In this document: piece after piece, positions 60,601 to 64,000 of the stretch
Numbering within the stretch: position 1 is the stretch's first letter
How the letters are laid out: each line of letters begins with the position of its first letter
Source: Phoronis australis
Lineage: Eukaryota; Animalia; Phoronida
Direction of reading: 5' to 3'
Assembly: GCA_002633005.1 (NCBI GenBank)
Contig: NMRA01000012.1
Location: forward strand, 1,134,564 to 1,198,563
DNA length: 64,000 bases
Position numbers and translations under genes: made by a program
The notes under the pieces: model-generated
The model's input: only the letters and a program-made list of their open reading frames with translations
Told to the model about the DNA's origin: nothing
The model's database searches: none

Positions 60601-62659
60601 TTCTAACAACCTCATCCTTACCTTAATAGTGTAAATCTACAGACATGGTAACTTGGCTTCCTGGAGAACTTTATTTTTTTCCTGACACACTCAATTAAAA
60701 TGTCACTCACTCTCATTCTGCGTAGCCATGATACTCGTACAGTGTTGCTTGTGTACACAAAATCTCCTTTTTGGTACGGGATGGTGTGTATTCATTAAAA
60801 AGGAAGGCATACACTTTTGATGTTACTTTTACTAAAAATATTAATCCTTGGTTATATTGGAGAAAGTGTTTCCGGTCACCCTTAGCAAAATTACAATGAA
60901 ATGTAGCAATGAGTCTGGCAAAATGCCCCCATCTTCATTTTTGTGCATTCAATTCCACCGAGCAAACAGAATGACTGACACAGACTGTCAAACAGTGATT
61001 CGGTGTGTTTGGTCAGTGAAAATGCAGGCTTCTTGTCACATTTTTATTGTTGCCAATGACAGGGATGGCTATAGTTAAGGACTTTAAGATAATCATAAAC
61101 TTGTATTTTTGTAACTATAACACCAAAAACACTTGCTTTCACCTTTAAGTTTAGTCTTTGTGATCATGATGTTGAGATTAGAGATGCAGAGTTAGACTGC
61201 TTGTAGTTTGCTTTGGGCACTGAGTGATTAAGTATTCAGTTGTGGGTGGTAATGAATAACGGCTTCTGTATTTTGTCCAGTTAACAGTCTCATGTGACTA
61301 CTACTATGCATGCATTTATACAGCCAAGATCATTGTCTCACCAGCGTCACCTAGTGAATTTCGAGTCTCACATTAAGCACTACCTGTCTATCATGCCATT
61401 TACGGGGTGGAGACACATCAAAACAAGACTGCTAGTGGGTTGTGAAGTGGCTACTGACAATTTCTTCTCAAGAGTTAGTACATGATCTGTTCTACATTTT
61501 CAGCACATTTTGCATGGTGGATAACCAGGAGACTTGCTTCTCAGCCACCATCTATAACATTGCTCAAGGTTATGGCGTAAAAATTGGAGACTCAGTCGCT
61601 ATACCAGAGCCATATCTACAGGTGGTAGATGTCACCAAGAATGGAGAAGTAAGTGTTGTGTTATAGACATTGATGCCCATAAAGGCAAGGGCACAGGATA
61701 GGATTTTCCATCACCAACAACGATGTTGATTTAGTATTGTATAGTTTGTGGTGCTTCACCGCAGCTAAATCACAGGTTGTCAGGAAATGTCAAGTGTGTT
61801 TGATCGAAAGATATCTGGTCCCGCTTTTCTTATCGTGTGTGCTTGATGTCGATTAATTGTTGTGACTTTAAAATCGACTTAAGGGACAAAGGAATATGAC
61901 GAAAAATGAAAGTTTCAGTTGGACATGATACATATTATGTATTATTACTGTATGCTAGTTACTAAATATAACCCAGCTGTAATCAAGCCACTGTGAGGCA
62001 CCTCGGTCAGGACAAAAATCGCGATGGTTAAACTTTCGCATCAATTTGTTGCTCATAGAAAATTGTCAAGACCTCTGACCAATAAAAATTGGGTGCTGGC
62101 TTTTAGGTTACACTTTGTGTTTGCCATTGAGCATTGTGCCCCCATGACTTTTACCGAAAAACACTGTAGCAAAACTTTTATCACATCTAAGAAACAACAT
62201 ACTTTGTACAGGGTGCTCAATTTCTCTACTGTTGTTGATTACGAGTATGGAGGTAGTCATGACATAAGTGTCCCACGTGACAACAGAGAATGCATGCACT
62301 TTTATAGGAGAGACAGTTGTTTCACTGGCCCCAACGACTGCATTCCGAGGGCATCATTGCTAATGGCTTACCCTTCCTGACTATTAAGTCAGGAATTGCT
62401 TTTGTAAATTCTGTTTTGTACACATGGAAAGTAAATGTCACATTTGGTATACATTAATTATCTGTGAAAAATCTTGAGAAAGTTTTTTTTTCTCTCAACT
62501 ATATTGTTGGCTTACACTTTCAAGTTTGTTGTTTTTCAGACATTTCAATTTTCCAATATTCGAATCGACAGTCCTGTTGTAATGGTGGTGAACAGGCGGA
62601 AGTGGGGAGTAGACAAACAAGCGCCATCTGTCCTGGAAACGAGAGCCGTAAGCGAATGA
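51635..62659 (+). CDS. TTC5: Tetratricopeptide repeat protein 5 (TPR repeats plus C-terminal OB fold), 10 coding exons, 435 aa
   Basis: Exons 51635-51676, 54908-55040 ([15 protein letters not shown]), 55407-55618 ([24 protein letters not shown]), 56152-56299 ([11 protein letters not shown]...DGTSW), 57248-57339 (duplicate at 56775-56866; [11 protein letters not shown]), 57900-57953 ([10 protein letters not shown]), 59277-59423, 60298-60512, 61504-61648 ([13 protein letters not shown]) and 62540-62659. All introns are GT-AG, phases are compatible, total 1308 nt. The first exon is the least certain. Confidence 0.95.
51807..54336. mobile_element. ~84 bp palindromic MITE (P-element-like termini) split by the Tc2-like element
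   Basis: Arms 51807-51856 and 54303-54336 are imperfect inverted repeats (CACAGGCACCTTT...AAAGGTGCCTGTG), flanked by a direct repeat GTCGAAA (51800-51806 and 54337-54343). Confidence 0.75.
51857..54300. mobile_element. Non-autonomous Tc2/pogo-like DNA transposon (2444 bp) in TTC5 intron 1
   Basis: TA duplications at 51855-51856 and 54301-54302; ~24 bp TIR CCGTAAACGTTCGG(ATA/GTT)AACGCCC; arrays of TTAA(C/G)CGCCC subterminal repeats at both ends. No recognisable transposase. Confidence 0.85.
56939..57184 (+). mobile_element. Second piggyBac copy (5' end), truncated by an assembly gap
   Basis: Starts TTAA|CCCTTATCCTGCGCTAGG. It is the reverse complement of ~18490-18735 with about 4 mismatches that I could see, and ends at the N at 57185. 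Confidence 0.9.
57634..57823. repeat. 38 bp minisatellite x5
   Basis: Unit TGTGATGTGAGGTTACAGGTGACATG(GTGCA/ATGAC)CACCTGT, two variant types. Confidence 0.95.
58235..59066 (-). mobile_element. Penelope-like retroelement remnant: GIY-YIG endonuclease fragment between inverted pLTRs
   Basis: ~200 bp inverted arms (58235-58440 and 58865-59066). The minus strand between them reads [34 protein letters not shown]...[11 protein letters not shown], a decayed form of the Penelope CxxC-YIGxT-R-L-R-EH-SAL-H-RLIxEA pattern. Decayed hammerhead cores lie in both arms. Confidence 0.75.
59731..59960. mobile_element. End of a DNA transposon with palindromic CCGACCGGTCGG subterminal repeats, truncated by an assembly gap
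   Basis: GC-rich sequence starts abruptly after GAGGTA. The duplicate flank at 59962-60102 continues GAGGTA-TATGG without it. N at 59961. Superfamily uncertain. Confidence 0.65.
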
Positions 62660-64000
62660 TGTCATTACAAAAGCATAACTTCTGTGTAACCTTTTTTGTT
62701 GTCTTTCATCATTGTGAAAATGAGGTACATTTGAGGCATGAATGTTCAGATGTCATAATGGTAATGATAACAGGGAATGGAATTTTTGTAAACTGAAGGT
62801 TTTAAAAAATCCTTAGTTTTCCTAGAAAATGCAAAATGTGTATGTTAAGCCCAAAATAGCGTATTAAATTAGTTCTGGTCTTTGCCAGCTCATTTTGAAA
62901 CTTGCACCACACAGATGGCACCAGGTGATGCTGGGTTAAATAAAGATCCAGGCCCATCTCAGCTGGAATCCGGTGACTTTCTTTTTGTAAACATGGGTAA
63001 CTAAAGAAAATATCACATCACTGCAGCAGTTTTCTAAATAGACCAGATTTGTTTTTTTTTGGCTTATTAGTTGTTGCACCTAAAAAAATACTCTTTTGAA
63101 GGGTACTTTATTTTCATAAGTAAATAAACACGTTTCAGAAACTATATTTTTGTTTTAGTATCATTTATTTTGTTCTGCAATGGTTTTAATAAATAGAGAG
63201 CAGAAAAAAACATGGTGTATGCGCTCACAAACGTAGTTCTTCACTTACTAGCACAGCTTACACACCCAAAAAGTAGTCCACCAACTTACTAACTACTCCC
63301 TTACTGACAAACACAGTGCAGGACTATCCAACTCTGTGCTATGCAGTTGGTGAGCTATATTTTCATTTGGCAACTGTTTTTGGTGCGTAAGCCAGGTTTT
63401 GTGAGTACGACTTGTGTTAGGTGGTCTGTGAGCTATGTTTTTAAATTGGTGAACTGAGTTTACTGGGGCTGTGAAGATCTCTGTGTGACAAACATAGTGT
63501 TTCCACCTTTTGAAATAGACATGTGTGAATAAAGAATTGTATTGTTTTCTACGAATGAATGAAATATAGAATATTTTATGTAATACCTTGAGTGTTATAA
63601 TTTATTTTAATCAATCGATCAGTCCTGCATTGAACTCTACTCTTTTGCAGAGGTGGAAAAATGCATTGCATCACTGGTATACTTTTCAAAATGTAATGTG
63701 CTCCTGAATTGACTAACAAAAGAAAACGATATATTGCTCATCAAGCACTGATATTTGCCTTTCTTGACCATTCCTGGTGTCAACATTGCAAAATGCAGTA
63801 ATAGAAGTTTGCCTACATTACAAACATGAATTACATAATAAGTTAGATGTAACATAGTGACTAGCACATCTGTAGGTGAAGAAGCAGGACAAGTATTTGA
63901 CACATGTTGCTCTGTGAGTAAATACTTTAGAATGAAAGTGATGCCAAGATGTTTCAGAACATGACAAAATAACCTATTGAAGGAAGTTGACAATATACTA

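Noticed and set aside
63637-63993. 118 aa minus-strand ORF at the window end
   Set aside because: No recognisable motif; likely UTR or intergenic sequence.

Overview
AT-rich, repeat-dense genomic DNA from an invertebrate animal; a marine deuterostome such as a hemichordate or echinoderm is plausible but is inference only. Three complete, intron-rich conserved genes can be spliced by hand into open frames: RBM19 (minus strand, 23 coding exons, ~817 aa, one GC-AG intron), CIAO2B/FAM96B (minus strand, 5 coding exons, 156 aa, one AT-AC U12-type intron) and TTC5 (plus strand, 10 coding exons, 435 aa), the last two arranged head-to-head. The first ~19.9 kb holds no recognisable host gene. Mobile DNA includes an internally deleted piggyBac (two copies, one apparently an insertion polymorphism), two Tc2/pogo-like elements, Harbinger-, hAT- and P-like MITEs (some nested) and a Penelope remnant with decayed hammerhead ribozymes. 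Two N-flanked duplications in TTC5 look like both haplotypes assembled in tandem. The most intriguing unexplained signals are a GC-rich, highly structured H/ACA-like RNA candidate in RBM19 intron 1, an in-phase RBM19 exon encoding a C-terminal transmembrane helix, an open in-frame extension past the CIAO2B stop built from decayed copies of its own C-terminus, and a splice-signal minisatellite. All calls were made by eye with no database search.
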